Part shown: positions 24,984 to 35,778 of the stretch, piece after piece
Position numbering within the stretch: the first letter of the stretch is position 1
Layout: the number at the start of each line of letters is the position of its first letter
Assembly: GCA_029261455.1 (NCBI GenBank)
Contig: JAJDBH010000139.1
Coordinates: forward strand, 12,922 to 76,921
Direction: 5' to 3'
DNA: 64,000 nt
From: Nitrospinaceae bacterium
GTDB taxonomy: Bacteria; Nitrospinota; Nitrospinia; Nitrospinales; VA-1
Notes under the pieces: model-generated
Told to the model about the DNA's origin: nothing
Seen by the model: only the letters and a program-made list of their open reading frames with translations
Database searches by the model: none
Made by a program: the position numbers and the translations under genes

Positions 24984-26081
24984 ATGGGATTCACCTGCGG
25001 CCTCGTCGGCCTCCCCAATGCGGGAAAATCAACACTGTTCGGTGCCTTAACACGTACTAAAGCCTTGGCTGGGAATTATGCATTCACCACCATCGAGCCC
25101 AATAGCGGCATCGTACCGGTTCCCGATAAACGTCTGGACATCATCACTTCCTACGTCAAGACTCAGAAAATTGTTCCCACTACTATGGAGTTTGTTGACA
25201 TCGCCGGACTCATCAAGGGTGCATCCAAAGGAGAGGGTCTAGGCAATAAATTTCTTGGCCACATCCGTGAGGTGGATGCTATCGCTCATGTAGTTCGCTG
25301 TTTCGAGGATGGAAATGTCCCTCACGTCAGCGATACCATCGACCCAGCCTCTGACATCGACACCATCAATACCGAGTTAATAATTTCCGACTTGGAATCT
25401 CTCGACCGCCGAAAGACCAAGATTGAAAAGCTGGCAAAATCAGGCGACAAAGAAGCTCGGATGCAAGTAGAAGTACTTGGCATGCTAAACAAGGCCCTTG
25501 ATCAAAACCAACCGGCACGAACCGTTACTGGTTTAAATGATGAACAGAAAGAGTACGTAAAAAGCCTGACCCTTTTGAGCGCCAAACCGGTTCTTTATAT
25601 CTGCAATGTCATGGAACCCAGCGACACGGATAACGAGCTCGTGCAAAAAGTGAAACAGATTGCAGAGCAAGACGGATCATCAGTGGTGGCACTGGCAGGA
25701 AAAATAGAGGGTGAAATCATGGAGATCGAAGATCCTGAAGAACAACAAATGTTTATGGAAGAAATGGGGCTGACCGAAACCGGGCTCGACCGCATGATTT
25801 CTGCCGGATATGGGTTGCTCGAACTCTCTACCTACTTCACAGCGGGGGAAAAAGAAACCCGGGCCTGGACAATCCCCAAAAATGCGAAAGCTCCGGTAGC
25901 AGCAGGTGTGATCCATACCGATTTTGAAAAGGGCTTCATCCGCGCCGAAGTTTACAGCCTGGAAGACCTGATCGAACATAAATCAGAGGCGGGAATAAAA
26001 GACGCCGGAAAGCTCAGAGTTGAAGGGAAAGAATACGTCGTTCAAGATGGTGACATCATGCATTTCCGTTTTAACGTTTGA
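24984..26081 (+). CDS. ychF: Ribosome-binding ATPase YchF
   Basis: [24 protein letters not shown], and a TGS-like C-terminus [18 protein letters not shown]. Confidence 0.95.
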   Translation: MGFTCGLVGLPNAGKSTLFGALTRTKALAGNYAFTTIEPNSGIVPVPDKRLDIITSYVKTQKIVPTTMEFVDIAGLIKGASKGEGLGNKFLGHIREVDAIAHVVRCFEDGNVPHVSDTIDPASDIDTINTELIISDLESLDRRKTKIEKLAKSGDKEARMQVEVLGMLNKALDQNQPARTVTGLNDEQKEYVKSLTLLSAKPVLYICNVMEPSDTDNELVQKVKQIAEQDGSSVVALAGKIEGEIMEIEDPEEQQMFMEEMGLTETGLDRMISAGYGLLELSTYFTAGEKETRAWTIPKNAKAPVAAGVIHTDFEKGFIRAEVYSLEDLIEHKSEAGIKDAGKLRVEGKEYVVQDGDIMHFRFNV

Positions 26082-26087
26082 CGAGTT

Positions 26088-27059
26088 TCATTTTTTCCAA
26101 GAGGGCACCAGGCAGCGTGGAGTTTTACCTGCCAAAGCATCCAACACATTATCGGCAACAAGGTCTGCCATTTTATCTCTGGTTTCATAGCTGGCACTGC
26201 CAATATGAGGGAGCAGCATAAGGTTTTCCAACTCAGTCATTCCTTCAGTGAGGGCCGGTTCATTTTCGTAAACATCCAGTGCCGCGCCAGCAATTTTTTC
26301 TTCTTTCAGTGCTTCGACTAGAGCTTTATCATCAACCACTTTACCCCTGGCAGTATGAATGAAATATGCCGTGGGCTTCATCATTGAAAACTGTTCTTTG
26401 CCGATCATGTATTGAGTCTGCGCGGTCAAAGGAGCATGAACGGAAATAAAGTCAGATTGTCGGAGCAATTCTTCCAACGGAGCGCATACTGCATTCAATG
26501 CTTGTTCTTTTTCTGCCGGCAGTCGATTCCGGTTACAATAGAGAACACGCATATTGAAACCCGAAGCTCTACGAGCAACCGCCGAGCCAATTTCGCCACA
26601 ACCTATTATGCCCAGGGTTTTTTCATAAACATCACCACCCAGATACATTTTCGCCTGCCACCCCTTGAAACGGTTTTCACGAGTAAATCGTTCGGCAGGA
26701 ACAATGCGGCGGGCAGCCCCAAGAATCATAGCCCAAGTTAAATCGGCAGTTGTTTCATGCAAAACTCCCGGAGTATTGGTCACCCAAATACCCTTTTTAG
26801 CGGCATGCTCCACGTCAATATTGTTGAATCCTGCTCCATAATTGGCAATTAGCCGCAAATTCTTTGCACAATCAATAATGTCCCGGTTAATTTTGTCCGA
26901 TAAGTAAGTAACAATCACAGCGCTTTCTGAAGCATATCTCTTTAGATCTTCAGCAGTGGGCGGAACTTCCGTTTGATTGGTCCGCAAGTCGCAGTGCGAC
27001 CCTAGTTTTTCCAATGCGGCCTCAGGAAACATATTGGTCACGGTAACGATGGGCATCAC
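26088..27059 (-). CDS. D-isomer-specific 2-hydroxyacid dehydrogenase (glyoxylate/hydroxypyruvate reductase-like)
   Basis: GIIGCGEIGSAVARR NAD-binding motif, RGKVVD, and PHIGSAS catalytic His. Confidence 0.85.
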   Translation of the reverse strand: MMPIVTVTNMFPEAALEKLGSHCDLRTNQTEVPPTAEDLKRYASESAVIVTYLSDKINRDIIDCAKNLRLIANYGAGFNNIDVEHAAKKGIWVTNTPGVLHETTADLTWAMILGAARRIVPAERFTRENRFKGWQAKMYLGGDVYEKTLGIIGCGEIGSAVARRASGFNMRVLYCNRNRLPAEKEQALNAVCAPLEELLRQSDFISVHAPLTAQTQYMIGKEQFSMMKPTAYFIHTARGKVVDDKALVEALKEEKIAGAALDVYENEPALTEGMTELENLMLLPHIGSASYETRDKMADLVADNVLDALAGKTPRCLVPSWKK

Positions 27060-27115
27060 GCCGTCCTTTCAGGTTTTCTGTGGTAAAATTAAGAGTCTAA
27101 TTTTAAAGGAAAAAG

Positions 27116-28549
27116 TTGTTCAATCCCATGAAAATTTTATTCCTCGTCCCACCCGAAACTACTTCTCTTGAGTCCTCCGTGCCAAAAGCACTGGAAGGAG
27201 GTAAAGGCTATTACCCAAAACTCGGCCTTCTCTATGTCGCCGCATACTACGAGCGCGAAACGGGGAACACTGCAACCTTCATCGACTGTCCGCCAGAAAA
27301 TGTTTCGGAAGAAGCCATGCTTGCCCGTGTCCGGGATATTAAACCCGATATGGTCGCCATGAGCATCATGACTTTCAATTTACTCGATGCCCTGCGTACA
27401 GCAAAAGTCCTGAAGCTCAAATACCCAAACCTTAAAGTCTGCCTCGGTGGACCGCACGTCAACTTATACCCAAAAGAAACTCTCAGTCTTCCAGATATCG
27501 ACTATGTGGTTTTCGGTGAAGGAGAAAAAATATTCAGCCGCCTGACCCTGTCTTTGGACAAGGAAACAGAACCTTTATCATCCATAAACGGCCTTGGCTG
27601 GAAACAGGATGGCATCCCACATATCAACCCGGCAGAAACTGAGCTACTTGACCTAAACGAATTGCCTTTCCCTGCTCGTCATCTCGTCGATGTTTCAAGC
27701 TACCAACATATTATTGGTGAAGGTAGGCAGTTCTTCACCATCCAAGCGACAAGAGGATGCCCAGCGGCTTGCACCTTCTGTGATATTCGTAAAACCAAGT
27801 TTCGTATCCGCAGTCCCGAAAGCGTTGTCGATGAAGTTGAGGAGCTGGTTAAAATGGGAGTCGACGATTTATTTTTTGTCGATGACACTATCACCATCGA
27901 CAAAAAAAATGTGCTGGCAATTTGCAAATTGATGGTTGAGCGAGGAATCAAAATAAATTTTAAAATTTCTGCTCGGGTAGACACCATCAATCCGGAAGTT
28001 GTGGCGGCACTCAAAAAAGCCGGATGCTACCGCATCCATTTTGGCATCGAGTCAGCAACCCCAAAATATTTACAATATCTTCAAAAGGGCCAGACTCTGG
28101 AAAAAGTGGAACGTGCCTGCAAGATGACCCGAGAAGTCGGCATCGGATTCTTCGCCTACATGATGATTGGAATACCTCATGAGACTAAAGAAGAAATGTT
28201 CGCCACCGTAGATTTTGCCAAGAAACTTAGGCCCGATTACGCGCAATTCTCCATCTGCACACCTTACCCAAAGGTTGAACTCTATTATCAAATGTTAAAT
28301 GAAGGAATAGTTCCAGAAGATTACTGGCAAAAATTCGCCGAGAACCCTACCGCTGACTTTAAAATCAAATTCTGGAATAAGGATTTTACTGAAGAAGAAT
28401 TGCGTCAAATTCAGGATGAGTGCCACGCCCGGTTCTACCGCAGCCCCACTTACATCATGAAACAAATCACCAAGCTAAGATCCTGGTCTGACTTCACTGC
28501 CAAAGCCCGCATGGGAACCAAAATTCTCACCAGCCGCTTAGGAATTTAA
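27116..28549 (+). CDS. B12-binding-domain radical SAM protein
   Basis: N-terminal cobalamin-binding-like domain (KILFLVPP...VAMSIMT). CPAACTFC is a CX3CX2C cluster. TTG start 6 nt after AGGA. An ATG at 27128 is an alternative. Confidence 0.8.
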   Translation: MFNPMKILFLVPPETTSLESSVPKALEGGKGYYPKLGLLYVAAYYERETGNTATFIDCPPENVSEEAMLARVRDIKPDMVAMSIMTFNLLDALRTAKVLKLKYPNLKVCLGGPHVNLYPKETLSLPDIDYVVFGEGEKIFSRLTLSLDKETEPLSSINGLGWKQDGIPHINPAETELLDLNELPFPARHLVDVSSYQHIIGEGRQFFTIQATRGCPAACTFCDIRKTKFRIRSPESVVDEVEELVKMGVDDLFFVDDTITIDKKNVLAICKLMVERGIKINFKISARVDTINPEVVAALKKAGCYRIHFGIESATPKYLQYLQKGQTLEKVERACKMTREVGIGFFAYMMIGIPHETKEEMFATVDFAKKLRPDYAQFSICTPYPKVELYYQMLNEGIVPEDYWQKFAENPTADFKIKFWNKDFTEEELRQIQDECHARFYRSPTYIMKQITKLRSWSDFTAKARMGTKILTSRLGI

Positions 28550-28629
28550 GATCCGTAAAAAACAGCCACACCTGCGCCAACTCTCCCACATACTCAATCA
28601 AGCAAATTCAAAAGCCGCACAAAGTGGAG

Positions 28630-29877
28630 TCAAAAAAGTTTAAGCATGTTTACATCTGTTTCTTCACAAGTTCCCTGATATTGTTCAGCCCATTTGGAAA
28701 CCCGGTGAGCAAGCCCAACTTCATTCAAATATTCCTGATCAATTTTCAAGGGTAAGTCTAAATAGGCCGCACCAATATCCTCCTCTTCAAATGCATTGGC
28801 AACATGAAGGAAAGTAAGTGGGGAGAGCGTGTTTGTTGAACATTCTGTAGGGTTTTCATGAAACAAGATGGCCTCCACAATAGGATCTGGGAGACCCCAG
28901 AGGCCAACAAGATAAGCACCGATTTTTGCATGGCTAAAGCCAAACACCTCTTCTTCAAGGTCATAGTTACTTCGATCTTGATTCCTTAGTTTTAGCTCTA
29001 AAAACTCTTTAAACTTATCTGGAAAATTCAAGATCATAATAATTTTTCCGATCTCATGAAGCAACCCCGCCGTGAAGGAAAAGTTTTGAATTTCCTGGCC
29101 CGCCCCTTCTTCACGTGAAAGCAACATTGCTATTGCCGCGACGGCAACGCTGTGTTTCCAAATTCGATCAATAAATATTTTCCCCGACTTAAACTCACCA
29201 AGTTTGGAAAACACCTCATATGTCAAAACCAGATTTTGAATCAAATCTATTCCGAGAATTTGAACAGCGTGTATGGGGCTGGAAATCTTTTGAGAGTACC
29301 CAAAGAACCCAGAGTTGGCGACTTGAAGAATCTTTGATGTCATCCCCATATCCTGAGAGATTATTTCGCCAATTGATTCCAGTGAGGAGTCCGACGACCC
29401 CAATTCATCCATCAACTTACAATACAAATCCGGCAGGCTCGGAAGAGAATTGATTTCCAAAAGAAGCTTCTTTATTTCTAAATTACTATTCAAATAACTT
29501 CTTAAGGAAACCCCTCTGTTAACTGCATCTTTTAAAACCTCAAAATCGCAGGGTTTAGCCAGAAACTGGTGCATGGAGCCTAGTGAACGGAGAAAAACCC
29601 TTTCCTCGGCCTGCCCCGATAAAACAAACCGCATGGTTTCAGGATAGTTGTTCTTAACTGTCGTTAAAAGTTCCGCTCCATCCATTTCCGGCATGCGCAT
29701 ATCCGACACCACTAGATCAAAATCCTTTTCTGACAGAATACTTAAAGCCTCCTTGCCGCTACCTGCAAATTCACAGTCCCATTCTTTACGCATGGACCTA
29801 AGCGAACGAGATAACCCTTGCAACATGATTACTTCATCATCCACAAAAAGGATTTTAATTTTACTCGTGGCGGACAT
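28630..29877 (-). CDS. Response regulator with REC and HDOD domains
   Basis: ILFVDDE..DLVVSDMRMPEMDG..RFVLSG is the REC domain. This is followed by an HDOD-like LPSLPDLY...HSVAVA...GLLHEIGK. Confidence 0.85.
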   Translation of the reverse strand: MSATSKIKILFVDDEVIMLQGLSRSLRSMRKEWDCEFAGSGKEALSILSEKDFDLVVSDMRMPEMDGAELLTTVKNNYPETMRFVLSGQAEERVFLRSLGSMHQFLAKPCDFEVLKDAVNRGVSLRSYLNSNLEIKKLLLEINSLPSLPDLYCKLMDELGSSDSSLESIGEIISQDMGMTSKILQVANSGFFGYSQKISSPIHAVQILGIDLIQNLVLTYEVFSKLGEFKSGKIFIDRIWKHSVAVAAIAMLLSREEGAGQEIQNFSFTAGLLHEIGKIIMILNFPDKFKEFLELKLRNQDRSNYDLEEEVFGFSHAKIGAYLVGLWGLPDPIVEAILFHENPTECSTNTLSPLTFLHVANAFEEEDIGAAYLDLPLKIDQEYLNEVGLAHRVSKWAEQYQGTCEETDVNMLKLF

Positions 29878-29917
29878 TTAGCTTTCTCCTTTCACAAACA
29901 TAGTTCTTACCCCGAAA

Positions 29918-31393
29918 TCAGTCTGAAACCTTTATCTGTTTTTGTAATAACGGAAGCTTGATTCGAAAAGTAGTCCCAACTCCTAATTTCGATTCAAAAT
30001 TAATTTCCCCCTGATGCTTTTTGACAATGATCGCATGAACAATTGCCAGCCCCTGGCCGGTTCCCTTACCAACCTCTTTAGTAGTAAAAAATGGGTCAAA
30101 TATTTTTTGCTGAATACTTTCAGGAATTCCCCTGCCTGTATCAGAAACTGAAACCTCCACCCATTTTCCTCGCAATTTGGTTGAGATGTTAATGGTCTCG
30201 GTTTTTTTGGGGTCACACTCTCTCTTTTCCTTGATGGAATGCACTGCATTGATGATCAAATTCAACATCACTTGATTGAAGTCATTCAAATAACAGGGAA
30301 CAAGTGGTAACTCCATGTCCAAACTCACAACCACTTCAGCCACATATTTCCATTCGTTTCTGGATACATTCAGGGTAGTGTTAATACTTCTATTGATATC
30401 ACTGGGCCTTTTTTCATCCAAACCTGGGTGAGAGAATTCCTTCAAGGCTTGAACAATTTTATTCACTCGATCAATTCCTTCCAAAGACTGATTGATTGCC
30501 TCAGGTATCTCATCCACCAAATAATCAAACTCCTTTTCTCTTCTTTTTTCCTCTATTAATTTTAATTGCTCTGGAGAGAATAACCTTTCTTTATTATTAT
30601 CAATGAACTGAATATGTTCTTTGAATAAACTCAAAACATCAAAGAAGGAATCCCTAAGAAAACGGGCATTATCACCGATGTACTGCAACGGAGTATTAAT
30701 TTCGTGAGCGATGCCAGCCGCCATTTGCCCAATGGACTCCATCTTTTGCGCATGGTTAAGTTGAACCTGCATCAGTTTACGCTCCGTCACATTCTCTCCA
30801 ATTCCCATAAGCCCCATTAATTTTCCACTGCCATCAAACTGGGGTGATATGGCCAAATTCACCCAAATAGTTTTTCCAGACTTAGTTCTCTCTTCTATTT
30901 CAGAAACTAATCCATTACCATTTTGAATAACTGATTTGATATGACTGGAAATTATTTTTTTTGTTTTTTCATTTGCATAGATAAACTCAATATCTTGTTT
31001 ACCCACCATTTCCTCTGCCGTATACCCAAGCATTCTTTCTGCTCCCTTATTCCAGAAGATCACTCTTCTATTAAGGTCAGTGGAAATTATGGATATATTG
31101 GTGGGACTATTGAGAATATTGTTTAAAAACTCGTTTGTTTGTTGGATTTTTTCACCTTCGTTATCTTTCACTTTGATTTCATTTTTATAACTGGCATTTT
31201 TAATAATCTCCCCTGCTAATTCAGCCACCTTTTCTGGAAGGTCTAACTCTTCATCCATTTTCAACGATTCAAGCTCCTTTTTAACAACTGCAAGTTGAAG
31301 CTTGAATCTATGTCTCTGGATAATCAATTTAACGAAAACCAGAACAACTCCAAATATAGCTAATACACTGATTATAGTTATCGTGTATTTCAT
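29918..31393 (-). CDS. Membrane-anchored PAS sensor histidine kinase
   Basis: N-terminal TM segment and PAS domain (RRVIFWNKGAERMLGYTAEEMVGK). H-box AAGIAHEINTPL. N, G1 and G2 boxes (DTGRGIP, GKGTGQGL). Confidence 0.85.
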   Translation of the reverse strand: MKYTITIISVLAIFGVVLVFVKLIIQRHRFKLQLAVVKKELESLKMDEELDLPEKVAELAGEIIKNASYKNEIKVKDNEGEKIQQTNEFLNNILNSPTNISIISTDLNRRVIFWNKGAERMLGYTAEEMVGKQDIEFIYANEKTKKIISSHIKSVIQNGNGLVSEIEERTKSGKTIWVNLAISPQFDGSGKLMGLMGIGENVTERKLMQVQLNHAQKMESIGQMAAGIAHEINTPLQYIGDNARFLRDSFFDVLSLFKEHIQFIDNNKERLFSPEQLKLIEEKRREKEFDYLVDEIPEAINQSLEGIDRVNKIVQALKEFSHPGLDEKRPSDINRSINTTLNVSRNEWKYVAEVVVSLDMELPLVPCYLNDFNQVMLNLIINAVHSIKEKRECDPKKTETINISTKLRGKWVEVSVSDTGRGIPESIQQKIFDPFFTTKEVGKGTGQGLAIVHAIIVKKHQGEINFESKLGVGTTFRIKLPLLQKQIKVSD

Positions 31394-31404
31394 CGTATTA
31401 ATTA

Positions 31405-32637
31405 TTACTCTCCATATCCAACAAATTCTGTCTTAGACCCCACGTTTATGACAGGAATTGTCAGGTTAAAAGTAGAGCCCACGCCAACTTTACTTTCCAC
31501 CCAAATATCTCCCCCCAAAAAATGAGCCAGACTCTTACTTATTGCCAACCCAAAACCTACCCCTCTATATCTCCGCTCAACAGATGAATTCCCTTGCGAA
31601 AAAGGTTCAAATAGATCTTCAACCTGTTTTTCTGTCATGCCTACTCCAGTGTCAGAAATTTCAAAACTGATGAAGTTGTTTTTTAATTTTTTACGCAGCA
31701 CAGTTAGAGTTATTTGGCCTGCATCAGTGAACTTGATCGCGTTTTCCATCAAATTTAATAAAATTTTCTTAACTTTTTCCCTATCCGAATATATTTTTGC
31801 CCCTTCCAAATCTCCTTCATAAAAAATGGCTAGCTTTTCTTCATCGATCAAGGGTTGCAAAGCTATATCTATCTCACCCATTAACTTATCCAGTCCAAAA
31901 TGAACCTGATTTAACTTCATTTTTCCAGTATCAATTCTGGAAAAATCTAGAACACCCTCTATAATTTTCAACAAATATCTTCCCGCTTTATTGATCCTTT
32001 TTAAATCAGGAACAAACTCAAGCGCTTCATTTTTTTTCTTTAGATTTAAAGAAATCACTTCACTAAATCCGATAATGGTATTTAAAGGAGTTCTCAGCTC
32101 ATGACTTATATTTCTTAGAAATACACTTTTCGTCTGCCTGGCTAACTCGGCTTCATGCTGAGCTTTTTCCAGTTTTTCATTGACCGCCACTAACTCCCGA
32201 GTCCTTTCATTGACCCTCTGCACAAGAGTTGCATTAAATTTAGTTACTTGATCTAAATACTCTTTCTGAAGAAGAGTGCTTAACAGGCGTGCTATAAGCG
32301 CTTCGAATTGAATTGGTTTATACAATACATCTGTGGCACCCAGTTTTATGGCACGGTGTTTTAGCTTCACGTCATCTTTTCCAGTTATCATAATTACAGG
32401 AATCGTATGCGCCTGAGTTCCATTTTTTATAAATTTTAACAACTCCATTCCATCTGTTCCCGGCATGAAGATATCAGAGATAATGACATCAATATTATTC
32501 CCCCTGATATTTTGAAAAGCTTGGGGCACACTTGTTGCCAGAATCAATTCCCAATCCTGCTCACACGGTCTTAGTAGTCTAGCTATGCTAGCCAAAAAAT
32601 TTTTATCGTCATCTACAAAAAGCAATTTTTTCTTCAT
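31405..32637 (-). CDS. REC-histidine kinase hybrid
   Basis: KKLLFVDDD..DVIISDIFMPGTDG is the REC domain. Coiled-coil linker. H-box ISHELRTPLN. DTGVGM, GVGFGL. I prefer the ATG at 32637. Confidence 0.85.
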   Translation of the reverse strand: MKKKLLFVDDDKNFLASIARLLRPCEQDWELILATSVPQAFQNIRGNNIDVIISDIFMPGTDGMELLKFIKNGTQAHTIPVIMITGKDDVKLKHRAIKLGATDVLYKPIQFEALIARLLSTLLQKEYLDQVTKFNATLVQRVNERTRELVAVNEKLEKAQHEAELARQTKSVFLRNISHELRTPLNTIIGFSEVISLNLKKKNEALEFVPDLKRINKAGRYLLKIIEGVLDFSRIDTGKMKLNQVHFGLDKLMGEIDIALQPLIDEEKLAIFYEGDLEGAKIYSDREKVKKILLNLMENAIKFTDAGQITLTVLRKKLKNNFISFEISDTGVGMTEKQVEDLFEPFSQGNSSVERRYRGVGFGLAISKSLAHFLGGDIWVESKVGVGSTFNLTIPVINVGSKTEFVGYGE

Positions 32638-32850
32638 AGTTACCAACTAAATTTCAGATGAATTATTATTTTCCCCACTGACCCAGTAACTCATACCAAG
32701 CAATAAGTGAGCCAAAAGCATAAAAATAGTAATCCACACTATATCAATGGTTTACAACCAGGCTGGCGCTAGCGAGAGTTTATTAACTTAACGAAATCCC
32801 GTTATCAGTACTCTTTGTTGACGGGTTTCCGTTAGTAATGCGAGGGGATG

Positions 32851-34248
32851 CTATATGAAGGCTTTTCGATGGAGCTCAAATTTTCGCATCTTGTCACGGA
32901 GTGTTTGGCGGGGGATTTTAAGAGTGCTAAGAGTTTTTTTGATATTACCTTTGTTGCGAATTAATTCATTTTCAATCAATTTCTTTTCAAATTCAAAGAC
33001 TCTTTCATGAAGAGTTGAGCCTTCCACTTCCATGGCGGATGCTAAATCACTATCCATTTCTGGAGCAATCATCAAATCATCCGCCATGCCAAGGACATAT
33101 TTTCCCGCTTCATTTTTCAATTCACGGACATTTCCTTCCCAGGTACGGTTATATAATTTCTTATAATAATCACGAGATATCTCGGGAACTTGCTTTTTAT
33201 GGTTCTCACAACCTTGCTGCACAAAATGTTGAAACAAAAGAGGAATATCTTCTTTACGAGTTCGAAGTGGGGGCAAGCAAATCTGAATCACATTTAGCCG
33301 ATAAAACAAGTCCAAGCGAAATTGGTTCTGTTTGCAGGCTTTTTTCAAATCAACCTTAGTGGCCGCAATAACCCTTATATCTATAGGGACTAGTTTGTTG
33401 GACCCCATTCTTTCAACAACCCTCTCCTGCAAAACTCGCAGTAGCTTAACCTGCATATTAAGTGGCATGCTCTCAATCTCGTCAAGGAAAACAGTCCCTC
33501 GATTTGCATGTTCAAATTTCCCTATACGCTTCTGACTTGCCCCGGTAAATGCCCCTGCTTCATGACCGAAAAGCTCACTTTCAAAAATCGATTCCGGAAT
33601 AGCACCACAATTTATAGCAACAAAAGGGTGATCACGTCTTTCACTTTGATCATGCAAACACCTTGCAACCAAGTCTTTACCAGTTCCCGTTTCGCCGTAT
33701 ACCAGAACATCCGACTGCGAACCTGAAACATTTTCAATGATCTTCCTAAGCTGCTCCATAACCGGTGAGCTACCAAGCAAGGTCAATGAGTTTTGGTCAT
33801 ATCTTGCTATTTGAGCGCGAAGTTTTCTTAACTCCAATACAAACCGTCTTTTTTCCAAAGCATGTTCCATTACCTTTTGAAACAATTCAAGCTCAACGGG
33901 TTTTTCCAGAAAGTCGTAGGCTCCGTCTCTAATAGCATCTACAGCCATTCGAATATTTCCTCTCCCAGTGACAAGAACAACAGGTAGATCCTGATCGAAG
34001 CTTTTCACTTTTTTCATCAATGTCAATCCATCCATACCGGGCATCATGATATCGGACACAACAATACCCGGCCAGTCTCTCGTCAGACTGGAAAGTGCCT
34101 TTTGGGCAGAATCAAAAGTCTGAACATCCAACCCTACTCTCCTGAGGTTTCTTTTGTAGGCTTGTCCTAATTTCAGGTCATCATCAACCATCATTATTTT
34201 CCCACTGGAACTCATACTTTTTGGACGTACACCAACTAATTCGCGCAT
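32851..34248 (-). CDS. Sigma-54-dependent response regulator (NtrC family)
   Basis: REC domain (IMMVDDD..VVSDIMMPGMDG). AAA+ domain with GETGTGKD and GAFTGA. C-terminal Fis-type HTH. Start codon uncertain (34248, 34215 or 34194). Confidence 0.9.
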   Translation of the reverse strand: MRELVGVRPKSMSSSGKIMMVDDDLKLGQAYKRNLRRVGLDVQTFDSAQKALSSLTRDWPGIVVSDIMMPGMDGLTLMKKVKSFDQDLPVVLVTGRGNIRMAVDAIRDGAYDFLEKPVELELFQKVMEHALEKRRFVLELRKLRAQIARYDQNSLTLLGSSPVMEQLRKIIENVSGSQSDVLVYGETGTGKDLVARCLHDQSERRDHPFVAINCGAIPESIFESELFGHEAGAFTGASQKRIGKFEHANRGTVFLDEIESMPLNMQVKLLRVLQERVVERMGSNKLVPIDIRVIAATKVDLKKACKQNQFRLDLFYRLNVIQICLPPLRTRKEDIPLLFQHFVQQGCENHKKQVPEISRDYYKKLYNRTWEGNVRELKNEAGKYVLGMADDLMIAPEMDSDLASAMEVEGSTLHERVFEFEKKLIENELIRNKGNIKKTLSTLKIPRQTLRDKMRKFELHRKAFI

Positions 34249-34458
34249 CAGCTATTTTTCAACCCAGTAGTTATTTTTCAACCCCAATGATAAATCATAT
34301 ATCGGAGTAGTTATGTCACAAGCATGAAAACTTTGCAAAACAGTCTGAAAAACCGCTGATTACAATAGTCTTTTTTATACATACACATGACAAAATAATC
34401 TAACAAAAGCATTTATTATCTTTGAGCAGGTGTCAGAGCAAAGATATGCGGGATCAAT

Positions 34459-35001
34459 TCACTCTAAAATTTGGGTAGGCTTACCATCAATGCTGGTCTG
34501 GTTTTTTTCTTTCCAGTAGTTTGTCACCCCTTCATCACCAATTTTATTTGTCCAATAGACCAGATCCTCCCGATCACCTTGATATTGAAAACTTGGAACG
34601 GCAAACCCGCAGGAGGTCTGCACAGAATCAACATCGACTAAAAACATCTGCCGCGAACCTGGATATTCGGGAAACAGCGTGATCCATTTAGCCCATTCTT
34701 CATCCCTTGGATGAATGGCCCTGGCCTTTCCATAAACTCTTAATATTAAAGGTTTCCCCTCAAACGAGCAGAACATGAGGGTCATGCGAGGTTGCTTAAG
34801 CGTATGAGCGGCAGTTTCGTTACCACTGCCCGTAAGGTTGAGCCATATCAATTGATTGGCGTTGACAATTTTAAGACTGTCCAAACCCTTTGGAGACACA
34901 TTAACGCGGCCATCAGTATCAGCTGTGCCAACAAAGAATATTTTCTGATCAGCTATAAACTCCTGAAGTTTTCCATCCAGTTCCGTATAGAATTTACTCA
35001 A
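34459..35001 (-). CDS. Pyridoxamine 5'-phosphate oxidase-family FMN-binding protein
   Basis: FFVGTADTDGRVNVSPKG...MTLMFCSFEGKPLILRVYGKA is a split-barrel pattern. Confidence 0.7.
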   Translation of the reverse strand: MSKFYTELDGKLQEFIADQKIFFVGTADTDGRVNVSPKGLDSLKIVNANQLIWLNLTGSGNETAAHTLKQPRMTLMFCSFEGKPLILRVYGKARAIHPRDEEWAKWITLFPEYPGSRQMFLVDVDSVQTSCGFAVPSFQYQGDREDLVYWTNKIGDEGVTNYWKEKNQTSIDGKPTQILE

Positions 35002-35087
35002 AGTTTTATGAACCTCCCTATATAATTATTGTAAAATTAAAATAATCTATTTAATCGCCAAAATCCAGATGGGAATTCAAGAATCAC

Positions 35088-35726
35088 ATGCTTAAAATTA
35101 ACGAAATTTATGCCAGCATCCAGGGGGAATCATCTCACACGGGCCTGCCTTGTGTTTTTATCCGGTTAACAGGATGCAATCTGCGTTGCACCTGGTGCGA
35201 CACCGCCTATGCTTTTCATAAAGGGGATGACTTCACTGTAGAAGAAACAATGTTGAAGGTCGAATCTTTCTCCCTGCCTCTGGTCGAAATCACAGGCGGT
35301 GAACCCTTGATGCAGGAAGAGGTTTATCCACTTATGGACGAACTTCTGGAAAAAGGCTACAGGGTCATGCTCGAAACAGGCGGGGCATTGCCGATAGATA
35401 AAGTCCCAGAAAAAGTTATAAAAATTCTCGATATAAAATGCCCTGGAAGTGGAGAAGATAAAAAGAACCATCTTGAAAATCTAAAATTTCTCGCGCCACA
35501 TGATGAGGTCAAGTTCGTGCTTCTTGATCGCGCTGACTATGAATGGAGCCGTGACCTGCTGCAAAAATATGATCTGTCCTCCTCCAATCAGGTTTTATTC
35601 TCCCCTGTTTTTGACAAACTTGATCTGAAAAATCTCTCTGAGTGGATCCTTGAGGATCGGTTACCTGTGCGCCTGCAAACCCAACTTCACAAAGTCATTT
35701 GGAACAAAAATGCTATCGGAGTGTGA
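35088..35726 (+). CDS. queE: 7-carboxy-7-deazaguanine synthase (radical SAM)
   Basis: INEIYASIQGESSHTGLPCVFIRLTGCNLRCTWCDT is the QueE N-terminal signature. Confidence 0.9.
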   Translation: MLKINEIYASIQGESSHTGLPCVFIRLTGCNLRCTWCDTAYAFHKGDDFTVEETMLKVESFSLPLVEITGGEPLMQEEVYPLMDELLEKGYRVMLETGGALPIDKVPEKVIKILDIKCPGSGEDKKNHLENLKFLAPHDEVKFVLLDRADYEWSRDLLQKYDLSSSNQVLFSPVFDKLDLKNLSEWILEDRLPVRLQTQLHKVIWNKNAIGV

Positions 35727-35778
35727 GGTTTCCTATAAGCTTCACCACTAATCGGCCAAAGGACTTCCCCTATTCCCC

